From a virus, in IMG/VR virus record IMGVR_UViG_3300035458_000037, positions 20,849-84,848 of that record: a stretch of DNA of 64,000 bases. The stretch is one strand, 5' to 3'. Position 1 is the first letter of the stretch. The number at the start of each line of letters is the position of its first letter. The translations under genes were made by a program, and so were the position numbers. Shown here in pieces: positions 18,104 to 28,586 of this stretch. A model generated the notes under the pieces. It was not told the origin of the DNA. It worked only from the letters and a program-made list of their open reading frames with translations, and made no database searches.

Positions 18104-18970
18104 GTGACAATAGTTGCAATGAATACACCATGCACTAATTCATCTACGGCGAATTTTCGGGCATGGGGCAGTGCCATTTCCGCTGCTATGGCTGCATTCG
18201 GATGGGTTAAATCATCTGACGTTGGGCAGATCGATTGGACTTCCGTTGTTGCACCTACCGGGATCAGTCAAGTAATGGGATATGAAGTATGGGCAATGGC
18301 TGATACTTTGCAGGCCACTTATCCTGTTTACCTAAAGATTCAATATGGTAGTGGTGGAGCTGGCGCAAATTATCCTGCAATTACTCTTACTCCTGCAACT
18401 GGATATACCGGCTCAAGCGGAACTATGAGTGGCCAGATAGGAACAGCTGTTAGTTTGTCGCCGGGATCGCAAAGTGGATCTTCATATGCTTCTTATGTTA
18501 GTGGAACTATATCTAGAGCTACGATGTTTCTTTGGGGATCTACACCTACTTATAGCGTATATTTTACAGTAGAAAGATCATTAAATGCTTCTGCTTTAAA
18601 TAGTAATGCAGGTATTGCTTTTGTAAATGGTGTGTATGGTCAATCCAATCAATATAGTCAATTCATTCCTGCCTCGGGAACAATTCCAGATAAATATCAA
18701 AACCTCCTGTGTCTAATGCCTCCAAGCGGAACTACCACTGTTGGTAATAATGTTTATGTTTATCCCATTCGAATATTTGGTCCTGGCGAAAATTGTCCGA
18801 TCCTTGGTTTTGGTTCGTATCTACTTTCTGATATCGCAGCTTCTTCTCAAATTACAGTATTAGATTGGGCTGGTAATCCTCATAATTACTATACTACGCC
18901 GAGTCTAAATGTGCCCACAGCTTATGGTCGTTCTATCGGAACAACTGGATTGGTGATTCTATATGAGTAA
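18104..18970 (+). CDS. putative tail fibre/virion structural protein
   Basis: S/T/G-rich beta-type composition; AGGAGG SD. Confidence 0.55.
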   Translation: MTIVAMNTPCTNSSTANFRAWGSAISAAMAAFGWVKSSDVGQIDWTSVVAPTGISQVMGYEVWAMADTLQATYPVYLKIQYGSGGAGANYPAITLTPATGYTGSSGTMSGQIGTAVSLSPGSQSGSSYASYVSGTISRATMFLWGSTPTYSVYFTVERSLNASALNSNAGIAFVNGVYGQSNQYSQFIPASGTIPDKYQNLLCLMPPSGTTTVGNNVYVYPIRIFGPGENCPILGFGSYLLSDIAASSQITVLDWAGNPHNYYTTPSLNVPTAYGRSIGTTGLVILYE

Positions 18971-19118
18971 TACTTATCTTATGCAAGCAGTTGTAGCAAA
19001 AGCTTCAATGACAGCTACAAGAAATTATATAATGCAAACTGGACCACTTGGTTTCAATATAGTCCAGATTATGTTCTCCAACGATAGGGGGCTTCAGCAA
19101 GTTTCAATCGTTAATTAA
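18963..19118 (+). CDS. 51-aa hypothetical protein, not in ORF track
   Basis: MSNTYLMQAVVAKASMTAT...; overlaps the upstream stop and fills the gap. Confidence 0.5.
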   Translation: MSNTYLMQAVVAKASMTATRNYIMQTGPLGFNIVQIMFSNDRGLQQVSIVN

Positions 19119-19142
19119 CGTATCAACGAGTAGGAGTCGCCA

Positions 19143-19358
19143 GTGGAAGTCAATAGTTTAGGTTTCGCGGCCTATCTAGTTATGCTTGGATATAAATTAT
19201 CCGGTCCTCAAGAACGTAGTAAAACCGGTAAGTTTATATTCAATATAGAAATTGATGAGGATAAAAGCAAGGAACTTTTTCTTAAGTATTCTAGTGGTCG
19301 TTTCAGCAAATTTGACGCTATACTGATGAACCTGAAACGCATGATGCCACGGGGTTGA
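19143..19358 (+). CDS. DUF5659-like phage protein
   Basis: LGFAAYL...GYKL......F.F pattern. Confidence 0.55.
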   Translation: MEVNSLGFAAYLVMLGYKLSGPQERSKTGKFIFNIEIDEDKSKELFLKYSSGRFSKFDAILMNLKRMMPRG

Positions 19359-19359
19359 A

Positions 19360-19743
19360 ATGGTTGCGGTATTAAAAGGCGCAAAATGTGAATTGAAGTT
19401 TAAGATTCTCAGTGATTACATTCATCGTCATCCTGTAGATCTTAGCAAATACAATGAATTCATCTGCGCCGTTACCGAAGATGGGAAACTACTCATTGAA
19501 AAGAAATTCAGCACCAATGGAGTAAAAACATCTACGAATATTGTAGACGGTTTTCCATATATAATAACTGTAGTATTCAATTCTGAAGATACAAAAGATC
19601 TTTCTCTTAATCCTGCAAGCGAAGAGCGTCAAAGAACATTGGAGCTATTTGGCATCGGTTTCAATGACGCAGTAATTAGATTTCTTGTAACCGATTTCAA
19701 TCTGGAAGGATCTGGATATTATGTACGTAGAAATCGAAGCTAA
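19360..19743 (+). CDS. Ig-like (BppU N-terminal-like) virion protein
   Basis: PVDLS...EK......ITVVF.SEDTKDL pattern. Confidence 0.5.
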   Translation: MVAVLKGAKCELKFKILSDYIHRHPVDLSKYNEFICAVTEDGKLLIEKKFSTNGVKTSTNIVDGFPYIITVVFNSEDTKDLSLNPASEERQRTLELFGIGFNDAVIRFLVTDFNLEGSGYYVRRNRS

Positions 19744-19767
19744 TACATTCTATGTGGAGATTGAAGT

Positions 19768-20733
19768 ATGTTATCCTTCCTAGAGTCGTCTATAGCTATT
19801 GATGCAACTGGATTATCCTTTGGTGGTGCAGCTACAGCGACAGCTTATTTAACACTTGATCAACGCAGTAGTGCTGGAATAGTTTCATTCACAGTAACAG
19901 TTCCGCCTAATGGTGACTCATCGGTTCCATATACTGCAACTTTAACATTTGTTGATACTCAAAAATGTTTACTTACAATTACATTTGGCCAACCTATGGC
20001 CAATGTTCATTTTAACGAAATAAGAACTCTTACTATTACAGCCAATAATAGTGATACGTATAATCTTGATTTGCAAATCAATTATACAGATGCTTTCATT
20101 CTAGCTAATTGGCAGAATTCCGCTGACATTGCAGCTATATCAGATCTTGCAACATCTTCGCCGTTGACTACGCCACTTGTCAACAATAGGTTTTTGGCTT
20201 TACTTCGGTTTGCTATTACGGGGCTTAATAAAGCTAAGGAACTTATTAGCAGATACGCGATCAAAAAGAGCTTACCAGACATAATTGACTTCGCAATTAT
20301 GTCTGGCACATCCCCCATACCAGCCACTGCCACATTAACCACCGACAGCAATTGTAATATTCTCACTTTGACCACCGTTTATAGTGATGCGGTTAGGGGA
20401 GTATCACAAAAGATTCTTGTTACATATACATATTCTACATATACGATCAAGCGTGTTATTAAAAGAAATAATAATTTCTTAGAAGTTACCAATGAAAACA
20501 TTTCTCTTTTGAGTTCATTGACTATTGATGCTTTGGATAATTCTAATAATATTATCTATCACCTAGGAACGGTGACAATCAATAGAACTGAAACTATTAT
20601 AGCGGTTCCAGGTATACCGGATTACAATGATACACTTCCTCCCGAAACAATTAATACAGATCCAAATAATATCGTTTCAGATTACAAATATTACAAGACA
20701 TTTGTAATAACTGGATGGACGGTTGTTGCATGA
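19768..20733 (+). CDS. putative virion structural protein
   Basis: T/S/N-rich ORF in the tail cluster. Confidence 0.6.
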   Translation: MLSFLESSIAIDATGLSFGGAATATAYLTLDQRSSAGIVSFTVTVPPNGDSSVPYTATLTFVDTQKCLLTITFGQPMANVHFNEIRTLTITANNSDTYNLDLQINYTDAFILANWQNSADIAAISDLATSSPLTTPLVNNRFLALLRFAITGLNKAKELISRYAIKKSLPDIIDFAIMSGTSPIPATATLTTDSNCNILTLTTVYSDAVRGVSQKILVTYTYSTYTIKRVIKRNNNFLEVTNENISLLSSLTIDALDNSNNIIYHLGTVTINRTETIIAVPGIPDYNDTLPPETINTDPNNIVSDYKYYKTFVITGWTVVA

Positions 20734-22694
20734 GATATGACATCGAAACTATAAAAGTATGGTTCAAGGGTATCACAGATACCGTCTTGAACGTTAATAC
20801 TAGACTAGGAGTAGTTGAAACCGAGTATACTGATCTGGAAGATAAGTATACTCGTAATCTTGTTTTAGCAAATGAAATTGAAGGCCGTCAATCTCAACTC
20901 GTTTCAATAACTACGACGTTCGGTAATGCAGATATTAGTGATCCAAATATAAAAACATTCACATTTAATAATGGAGCTAGTCTTCGATACTTAAAAACGA
21001 CTTCGTTAACTGGAACTGATCCTTATCAAGTTGTTAATTTGCAAGCTCTTAAAAACATATTAGCTCAAATCAATGATCTGATTACAGAATCATTAACAGG
21101 GCTTCTACCCAAACATAATGGTTCTGCCACAGGTAATTATACTATTACCGCAAACGGTGTTGAGAAAAACTTTAGTTTTATTGGGATGTCGATAATTACA
21201 GATCCAGATACTGATTTATCTTTACATCATGGCGAAGTTCTTAATGTAGATGATGGTAATACCAACGCTATAGTGAATGTTGGCTTTGTAAACAGTAAAA
21301 TATCTGGATACTCCGCACCCCAGCCCCGGTTCATTTCCGGGAAGATCAAGTTCAAATCCGATCCCTTCGACGCTTCGGTGATTTCGCTCTACCCGGTGAC
21401 GACCTCAGATTTCAATGGCGCGACGAACAAATACTTCAAACTTTTGAAATACAACGCCAATATCGGGTCAGACTTGTCTTGGGTCCAGCGCTTTACTTCC
21501 ACACCCCCTGGAAGCATCCCAGGCTCAGCATTGCCTATTGCTGTGGGTGTCATACCCTACCCAGTTTCATTTCGACTGTTTATGGAATATACCGTGGAAG
21601 GAGGCTCTGCCCCCTTCCCCAGCCGCGCCACCTTCCGCGCCTCCATGCCCAACTTCATTCAGGATGGTGATAATTTCTTCCGCTGGGGTGTGCTGATTGA
21701 CGCGGATGGAGACCTGGGCCTGATCCTCTCAACCTCCGGTTTCTTGAGTCTGCCGGTTATTGCCAATCTGGGTATCAGTAATGAGAATATGGATCTGAAG
21801 TTTTATCTCATGATTGATAGCTGGTCTTACTACCCACCTTCTGAGGATTATGCAGATGGTTCAGTAATAAGTTTAGCGAAAATATCATTTCCAGTTAGCG
21901 GCCATTTTGACTTTACTGATTTACAACCAATAGGTGGTTTTACTTATAAACTTTATTACGCAAATATTCCATCATCAGCAACATGGACTTCTAGTTCTCC
22001 AGATATTACAATTGATGCAATTGGCAGCACTTATGTTACTCTCAGAATGATATTTGTAGATCCTACTACTACTCTTACCGGTAACATTACAGCAAGTTAT
22101 CTCGTTGGTTCCACTCCTACAACTAAAGTTCAAAATGTTACATTCAATTTTATTACCGATCCTCTTGCAATTATTCCACTGACTATTAGTTGTCCTTATT
22201 ATCTAACCACAGCATTTCCGCTTACACCAATTGGTATTTCTGCAATACCTACTACACAATATGCTAAAGGCGCGGTAAGTTGGGAAATTGATGGACCGAA
22301 TACTGTTGGATGCACAGCTTCATTTACTCTATCTGGTAAACTAGTAGTGACAGAAATAGATGCTTCTACCCCAGGAGCGACTGTAGGTATTATTGCAAAA
22401 GATACGAGATATTATTTGACTACAGGAACATTGGATTGCGCCAGTGATGGCATAACACTCACAGTAGCTACTGGAACTGTAGATACAAGTAAAGTAATCG
22501 GAGCGCAAATCATCGTAGATAGCACTGGTCCTGTAACACGCACGATTCTTACTGCATCTGGCGGTCCAGTCGTCATTACAGTTGATAGTGCCATTCCCGG
22601 AGCACCATTTACCGGAGCTTCATTCCAGATTGAAGTTATCAATGGCAAAGCATCTTACATCGTTCCTGTTAATATGGTTAACCAGGATACCTAA
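20730..22694 (+). CDS. putative tail fibre/spike protein
   Basis: N-terminal coiled coil then T/G/P-rich beta domains; ATGA coupling. Confidence 0.6.
   Translation: MRYDIETIKVWFKGITDTVLNVNTRLGVVETEYTDLEDKYTRNLVLANEIEGRQSQLVSITTTFGNADISDPNIKTFTFNNGASLRYLKTTSLTGTDPYQVVNLQALKNILAQINDLITESLTGLLPKHNGSATGNYTITANGVEKNFSFIGMSIITDPDTDLSLHHGEVLNVDDGNTNAIVNVGFVNSKISGYSAPQPRFISGKIKFKSDPFDASVISLYPVTTSDFNGATNKYFKLLKYNANIGSDLSWVQRFTSTPPGSIPGSALPIAVGVIPYPVSFRLFMEYTVEGGSAPFPSRATFRASMPNFIQDGDNFFRWGVLIDADGDLGLILSTSGFLSLPVIANLGISNENMDLKFYLMIDSWSYYPPSEDYADGSVISLAKISFPVSGHFDFTDLQPIGGFTYKLYYANIPSSATWTSSSPDITIDAIGSTYVTLRMIFVDPTTTLTGNITASYLVGSTPTTKVQNVTFNFITDPLAIIPLTISCPYYLTTAFPLTPIGISAIPTTQYAKGAVSWEIDGPNTVGCTASFTLSGKLVVTEIDASTPGATVGIIAKDTRYYLTTGTLDCASDGITLTVATGTVDTSKVIGAQIIVDSTGPVTRTILTASGGPVVITVDSAIPGAPFTGASFQIEVINGKASYIVPVNMVNQDT
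21310..21770. other. GC-rich island inside the fibre gene
   Basis: Abrupt switch to C/G-ending codons; CCCCTGGA at 21505. Confidence 0.75.
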
Positions 22695-22697
22695 CCA

Positions 22698-23927
22698 ATG
22701 ATCGAGAAACCAGAAATAGAAGTTATCAAAGATGTATATTTGAAGTCTGCTCTTTCGCAGATCTTCGAAGCTTTTGTAAAACTCCAGCAATTAGGAATTA
22801 CTATTGATGATATTTATACACAATTAAATAAAAAAGTAAATCTTGTATCGGACATGCTTGATGGTGAAACTACTGCTAAAATATTAGGCCCAGGAACTGT
22901 AACCGCAAGCAGCACTAATGTAGTTGGAACAAATACATTCTTCAAGCGATATATGATGCCGGGAAATCAGATTCAAATAGGATCTGAGATTTCAACTATC
23001 GATGTGATTACAGATGATACTCATATGACGGTGATGACGCCATTTGTTAGCAGTTATACTGATGTAATTTATTCAATCATCCGTGATGCTACTAGAGAAG
23101 AGCTTATGGGTGATTTCAATTTTGGTCAGCTTAACGGCGAACAATTTAGAGGAGTAATTCAAGAGGGAAGTTATTTAGAGCATTATGGAAGAATAGCAAC
23201 TCCGAATGATGTAGTAAACGTTCGCTATGTTCAAAAATCAGTTGGACCTGCAATTGTATTAGCTCAGAATGCTATTAAAAGAAGCGGGGATACCGTTGGT
23301 GCAGTTCCTATAAGTGGAACTCTTCCTACTGCCTTTAATTTTATAAACTGTGATTTCTTATTTGACGAACATTGCACTTTGCGTTTTAAAGGTGTAGTTA
23401 GCGAACTTGATTTAACGCAAGTAGCTACGGTTAAATATGTTAATGATATGATACAAACTCATGTTGATACATATATAGCGCAACTATTTTACGCTCAATG
23501 GGTTTGCGATAATTGTCAAAGTTTATCTGGCGCTGGTGGATTATGGAGACCATTATCAGTTACACCGTTTACTCATAATACAAATGGCTCTCAGTATAAT
23601 GAATATTTTACAATTGGCACTTATGGATTGACATGTATAAAAGCTTGTTCGATACTTCTAACAATGGATACTTTCCAGGATAGTTATCATAATAATTCTC
23701 AAAATGAAGGATCACTTTTAGTTGGAAATATAACCCAAAATGCAATACAGTTAAGTGCCGGTCAATCTTTCATGGAAGCTTCGAATACTATTGGTTCTGA
23801 ACATAAACCAGCTTTTTCATGTTCAGCTATCATAGAATGTTCAATAGGTGATGTAATTGCTTGTGGTGTCGTAGGTAACCGCCCAGGTGCAATCCATGCT
23901 TATACTTCTCTCACTCGCTTGAGGTAA
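22698..23927 (+). CDS. putative tail fibre protein
   Basis: GTVT.SSTNVVGTNTFF...V.DDTH fibre motif; ATVKYV and KRSGDT fibre repeats. Confidence 0.7.
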   Translation: MIEKPEIEVIKDVYLKSALSQIFEAFVKLQQLGITIDDIYTQLNKKVNLVSDMLDGETTAKILGPGTVTASSTNVVGTNTFFKRYMMPGNQIQIGSEISTIDVITDDTHMTVMTPFVSSYTDVIYSIIRDATREELMGDFNFGQLNGEQFRGVIQEGSYLEHYGRIATPNDVVNVRYVQKSVGPAIVLAQNAIKRSGDTVGAVPISGTLPTAFNFINCDFLFDEHCTLRFKGVVSELDLTQVATVKYVNDMIQTHVDTYIAQLFYAQWVCDNCQSLSGAGGLWRPLSVTPFTHNTNGSQYNEYFTIGTYGLTCIKACSILLTMDTFQDSYHNNSQNEGSLLVGNITQNAIQLSAGQSFMEASNTIGSEHKPAFSCSAIIECSIGDVIACGVVGNRPGAIHAYTSLTRLR

Positions 23928-23931
23928 CCAA

Positions 23932-24861
23932 ATGCTTATCGATCACATACACGATCAATTGGGCCGGCACAGGGTTGGCATCATAAGTGAGTCGATGCCG
24001 GAATTTATAAAAGTTGCGGAAGAAGAGATAGTATCTGAGGATCTGACAAAACTCGCTGATGGATGTTTTGCATATTCAAATCGGGTAGAAAGATTCTTTC
24101 CGATACATACTCCTGAACATACGTGGTTGAGCCATGCGTATTTCAATAAATTTGCATCTGAAATAGATGAGAAAGAAGTAAATGAGATTCGTATTAAAAT
24201 CGACGATGCCTGTAAAGCATTTGGTTTTAATGAAGATTCGTTGGTAAAGATTGCCGCGCATGAAGATGAGATTGACGCTCTTCATACTTTATCTGTCGAA
24301 TTAAATAAATTTGTAAACAATTACAAAAAACTGAAGCCAGAAGAGAGACGGCAGCGGGCAAAAGAGTTGGCTCATCATGCCAAAGCTTTGAATCGGGAGC
24401 ACTCTCTTCATGATGTGGTGCATCGGTATTCCGGGGATCATCTCCGGCGTGACTACCACCAGGCCTTTGGGCATCGCATGGGCTACTTCCACCACGGGGC
24501 ACCGGAGCGGAAGATGCTGATGGAGATGCAGGACAATGCCCACGAGCACGTACCTGAAAGAGTGGCGCGGGCGCTGACGATCTTTGACCGAAATGCTGGG
24601 CTGGATAGCCATTACGATCAGGATCTGGATGACCCCTATTCCGCGCTGCTAACCGGCCAGGAGCCCGACGCGGATGATGTCGAGGTCGAAGGACACCGGA
24701 TTCCCAGGCACCTCTTCCAGGAGTTCAACTGGGACTCTTTACAGGATCTGCTTGCCGAAGAGAGACTGGCCGCGCTCAAGGCCTCACCCCTGGAGGGCCT
24801 CAGAGGAATGGAGCCCTCCGTTCGTATGATTATCATTCGCAAGATTCATCATCATGCATGA
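23932..24861 (+). CDS. putative head-associated protein (His-rich, several K-x-A sites)
   Basis: IKVA, TKLA, NKFA, VKIA; FPIHTPEHTWLS motif. Confidence 0.55.
   Translation: MLIDHIHDQLGRHRVGIISESMPEFIKVAEEEIVSEDLTKLADGCFAYSNRVERFFPIHTPEHTWLSHAYFNKFASEIDEKEVNEIRIKIDDACKAFGFNEDSLVKIAAHEDEIDALHTLSVELNKFVNNYKKLKPEERRQRAKELAHHAKALNREHSLHDVVHRYSGDHLRRDYHQAFGHRMGYFHHGAPERKMLMEMQDNAHEHVPERVARALTIFDRNAGLDSHYDQDLDDPYSALLTGQEPDADDVEVEGHRIPRHLFQEFNWDSLQDLLAEERLAALKASPLEGLRGMEPSVRMIIIRKIHHHA
24400..24830. other. GC-rich island
   Basis: 37/60 G+C in line 24481; CCCCTGGA at 24787; five CCWGG sites. Confidence 0.85.
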
Positions 24862-25300
24862 TTGGGATAACGAAGCGATCCTTTTGGTTAACGAAGATAA
24901 GCTCAGCGAAATAGAGCTTGAGACAATCTTTGCACTGAAAGCGTTAAAAGCTAATCCAGAAATATTAAATTCTGTTTTATATTTCGAGAAATTAGTTTAT
25001 GTATTGAATAAGCTCAAACCTAATACATGGAGTTTTGAACCAGTATCGATACTTCATCTATGTAAAGCTTTTGAGTTTTTCAAAAAGGAATATCCAAATA
25101 AAGTATGGGATCATGAGATAGTAGAATATATAGCTCACATTGCTCATGACGAAGGATGGGTTACGCTTCCTGAAAATTTAATATTTGCTCAGAACGCGCT
25201 TGACTCATTAGGAAATCGTGTCACACTTGATGAAGAGCAGTTGGAACTTCAAAAATTGAAGCATCAAGCTGTTGAAATGTATCTTCATCATAAGGAGTAA
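24854..25300 (+). CDS. hypothetical (morphogenesis-cluster) protein
   Basis: Overlaps the upstream stop; 148 aa. Confidence 0.7.
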   Translation: MHDWDNEAILLVNEDKLSEIELETIFALKALKANPEILNSVLYFEKLVYVLNKLKPNTWSFEPVSILHLCKAFEFFKKEYPNKVWDHEIVEYIAHIAHDEGWVTLPENLIFAQNALDSLGNRVTLDEEQLELQKLKHQAVEMYLHHKE

Positions 25301-25301
25301 T

Positions 25302-25526
25302 ATGTTTCTAAACAATTGCTATGCCGATAGTGATACCGGAATCATGAAAGTTTTCATGGCGTATAGTTCAGATATGCAATTATTCGCTATGGATGTAAAA
25401 GCGCTTTGCCATAATGATCCTACGCAAAACAATGGTATGAGTGTGATCTTTGAATTTTCTCCTGAAGATAGATTTGGAAATTTCATTGAATTTGATAGAT
25501 TGTTTAGACTTCAGTTTGGATGTTGA
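25302..25526 (+). CDS. hypothetical protein
   Basis: AAGGAG SD before MFLNN. Confidence 0.55.
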   Translation: MFLNNCYADSDTGIMKVFMAYSSDMQLFAMDVKALCHNDPTQNNGMSVIFEFSPEDRFGNFIEFDRLFRLQFGC

Positions 25527-25651
25527 TATGACCTACAGGATAAGCAAGTTTGCATTAATGATAATTGCTAATTATGAAATACGTCCTCAATTAGGGATAT
25601 CTTTAAAGCTTCTCCATGGAGATGAAACCTGGAGTGCTAGTAAGGTTGCGT

Positions 25652-25825
25652 ATGAAAGATGAACGAATCAAAGAATATATGATACAGATAGGTCATGAAA
25701 ATAGCATATCTTTATACTCAACATTGAAGATGTTAATTAATGAAGTTGAAATAGAGACTCGTAAAGATTGTATAAGAATTATTGAGCAGGGCGGAACTCA
25801 TAAAGATTTACTGTGGGGAAGGTAA
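25652..25825 (+). CDS. hypothetical protein
   Basis: Abuts the portal start; own start uncertain. Confidence 0.45.
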   Translation: MKDERIKEYMIQIGHENSISLYSTLKMLINEVEIETRKDCIRIIEQGGTHKDLLWGR

Positions 25826-27652
25826 ATGACATATTCATCCAGTAAGTCAGTAGCCAATGCGATAAGTGTCAAGAGTAATTTTGTCAATTATCCTATCCGC
25901 TTTTTTAACATGATGCATTTTCAGCGTCCCAATACGCTGAATGAAATATTTAAATGGTGCGGCATTCTTACTGAATCATCCGGTCTCTTCGACCGTATGA
26001 CCGACACCATGGCTCGTTATCCAGTCACTCCCGTTGCCACAACAGATGATATTGGAACTGATCAAAACTACTGGCAGAATTTTCTTAATGAAGAACTTTG
26101 TATTCAAAATGAATTAGTATCTAATGGTAAGGATTTCTATACATTTGGTAATTGTATCTGTAGCTTTGTTCCACCCTTTAGACGTTATCTGGTATGTTCA
26201 AAGTGTAATTCATATCTTTATCATTGTATTAATCATGATAACATGGATGATACAAAATTTGAGTGGATGTATAAAGGTTATAATTTTTACGGCAAGTGTA
26301 TGAATAAAGATTGCAAACATCACGGTATGATGGAAGTGAAAGATGAATACCTTACTGGAGATGATTTCGTAAAGAATATCAAAATTCATAGATGGCCAAT
26401 TCTTAATATCAAAATCAGAGATTTAGGTATTGCTGGTAAGAAGAGAATTTATTATAAGATAGAACGTAAATATTCAAAAGGCATTGAGAAAGGAGACAGG
26501 TTTGTTGTCGCCAATGTTCCATACACATTTATTCTTGCGTGTAAGAAAAATCAGCTTACTCCCATTATCGAATTACCTTCCGAACTTACATTTCATTACA
26601 ATCATGAAACTATTACGGAACCTGAATGGGAAGGGCTGAGTAAACCTTTCTTTTTCTCAGCATGGAAAGATCTCTTTATGAGCTTTGTGCTGCGCAAAGC
26701 TCAGGAGATGATTGCGGCTGATCACATGATCCCTAATAGGTTCCTGTTCCCGCAGACGGCCCCAGGCGGTCGTGATCCGCTTTCACAAATCGACGGCGGG
26801 AGCTGGGTCAACATCATCAGCACCCAGATCAAGCGCCAGCAGAATGACCCAAGCGAATTTGGTATCGTACCCTTCCCAATTGGTTACCAGGCGCTAGGTG
26901 GGCAGGGCAAAAACATGTCTCTGCGCGAAGAGATCGAGCTTCAGGATCGAAGAATCTTGACTCAGATGGGTATTCCACCAGAACTCATTTACGGCGGTAT
27001 GACATGGAGCGGTAGTAATATTTCACTCAGAATGCTTGAAAATCTATTCTTGTATTATATTCATAAACATAATGTTTTCTTAAGATCCTTCGTGAATTAT
27101 GCCGCAAGAATGTCTGGTAAGAAAGCGCCAGGAACCGTTAAATTAAAGCCCTTTAAAATGGCCGATGATATTCAACAGATTCAACTTCGATCTACCCTTG
27201 GTATTCAAGGCAGAATCAGCGAAACTACAGCGCTTGCTCATGTGGATGGAATTAATCTTGAAGCAGAAGCTGATCAAGCTGAGAAAGAAGCGACATTTGT
27301 TCAACGTATTACCGCTGCTCGTCAACTCACGGCAGCCAAAGTCAATCTTGAAGTCTCTAAGACAACCAATGAAGGTCAAGTTGATATTCAAACTGAGACT
27401 GCTATGCGACAAAATCAAGATAATACCGCAGCTCAAACTGCAATTACCGATGGATTTGTAGCCAATACTACCCAAGGATTGATTAATAAATTGAACGCCA
27501 TGCCTTATCAACAACGCCAGCTTGAATTGAAGAATCTTCAGCAGCAAGATCCGCAGAAGTTCAACGAAGTCACTACCGCCATGATGGGCGGTGCCAGTCA
27601 ACTTCCAGAAAAACGCGCTCCCCGGCGCGGCCCTGAAACAGCCCAGGTGTAA
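25826..27652 (+). CDS. portal protein with Zn-ribbon insertion
   Basis: 608 aa; DFYTFGNC, YQALGGQG, MGIPPELIYGG..WSGSNISLRMLEN, portal-like helical core; CSKC...C.NKDC insertion. Confidence 0.75.
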   Translation: MTYSSSKSVANAISVKSNFVNYPIRFFNMMHFQRPNTLNEIFKWCGILTESSGLFDRMTDTMARYPVTPVATTDDIGTDQNYWQNFLNEELCIQNELVSNGKDFYTFGNCICSFVPPFRRYLVCSKCNSYLYHCINHDNMDDTKFEWMYKGYNFYGKCMNKDCKHHGMMEVKDEYLTGDDFVKNIKIHRWPILNIKIRDLGIAGKKRIYYKIERKYSKGIEKGDRFVVANVPYTFILACKKNQLTPIIELPSELTFHYNHETITEPEWEGLSKPFFFSAWKDLFMSFVLRKAQEMIAADHMIPNRFLFPQTAPGGRDPLSQIDGGSWVNIISTQIKRQQNDPSEFGIVPFPIGYQALGGQGKNMSLREEIELQDRRILTQMGIPPELIYGGMTWSGSNISLRMLENLFLYYIHKHNVFLRSFVNYAARMSGKKAPGTVKLKPFKMADDIQQIQLRSTLGIQGRISETTALAHVDGINLEAEADQAEKEATFVQRITAARQLTAAKVNLEVSKTTNEGQVDIQTETAMRQNQDNTAAQTAITDGFVANTTQGLINKLNAMPYQQRQLELKNLQQQDPQKFNEVTTAMMGGASQLPEKRAPRRGPETAQV

Positions 27653-27654
27653 CG

Positions 27655-28104
27655 ATGGAGAAACCGCCAGTTCAGAAGTCGCGTTCAGCACTTTTTAATT
27701 TGAGTCAGAAAGAAGAGTTAGAAAAATATATTAAAGTTTTAGATAAGATTGCAAATAATAATCATAAGTATATCATTTTAAATAATCAAATTCAAAATGA
27801 CAATTATGGTGATCCTTTTGTAATCATGCATTATATTGATATGATCGGAGAGGAAGAAAGGAGTAATAATAAAATTCATTATTCCGCAGAAATACTTAAT
27901 GTTCCTGGTGATCTAGATAGATTTGATACTCTAATGGAAAAGATATGGAGCAAAGAAATTATTCTAACTTTTCTAGAAGATTTTAAACATCAGGAAAAAG
28001 ATTTCTTTTACATGTATAAACTGATCTTCTATTACAAGACATCTCCCAAGACTATACTCAAAAAAGATACATTTCTTAACACAATGCCCGTCGCGTCCAA
28101 GTAG
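27655..28104 (+). CDS. hypothetical protein
   Basis: Follows the portal in the operon. Confidence 0.65.
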   Translation: MEKPPVQKSRSALFNLSQKEELEKYIKVLDKIANNNHKYIILNNQIQNDNYGDPFVIMHYIDMIGEEERSNNKIHYSAEILNVPGDLDRFDTLMEKIWSKEIILTFLEDFKHQEKDFFYMYKLIFYYKTSPKTILKKDTFLNTMPVASK

Positions 28105-28112
28105 GAGAGCAA

Positions 28113-28586
28113 ATGAGTTTATCGGATCTTCGTTTTAATGCAGGGTGGTTTCCTTCAGAAAGGGATAGATTGCTTGAAAAATTTGCAGATAAAAACTCTT
28201 CAGATGATAAGATAGTTACCCCTGAATTTTTTATCGCAAAGATGACGTGCTATCAATTTGAAAGTGTAATACGTCCGGAGGATAACGCTCTTGTAATTCA
28301 CTTGAAACATTTGGCTCCAGCTCTTAGGAATAGGAAGTTCTTTGATTATGCTGCACAATTCATTCGTGATAGGATAGGTAAGTTCGCTACCATGGACGCA
28401 AGTTTTATTGGCGAAGTTGATAAGGTAAATAAATTGAATAGCCTTGATTTAATTTTCACTCAGTATTACCCGGCAAGAATGCATGACATGGAATTCATCA
28501 AAAAGCATACGGCAAAAATTGGATACGATCTTGATCAGACTATAATTCGTGAGCTTGGAGCCGCCGCTAGTGCAAATATACCTTGA
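28113..28586 (+). CDS. hypothetical virion-cluster protein
   Basis: AGGAG SD; contains an EKFA site. Confidence 0.65.
   Translation: MSLSDLRFNAGWFPSERDRLLEKFADKNSSDDKIVTPEFFIAKMTCYQFESVIRPEDNALVIHLKHLAPALRNRKFFDYAAQFIRDRIGKFATMDASFIGEVDKVNKLNSLDLIFTQYYPARMHDMEFIKKHTAKIGYDLDQTIIRELGAAASANIP

Noticed and set aside
20730-23927. Diversity-generating retroelement targeting the fibre genes
   Set aside because: No reverse transcriptase and no template/variable repeat pair seen in the window.
27143-27691. 182-aa minus-strand ORF
   Set aside because: Antisense shadow of the portal C-terminus.
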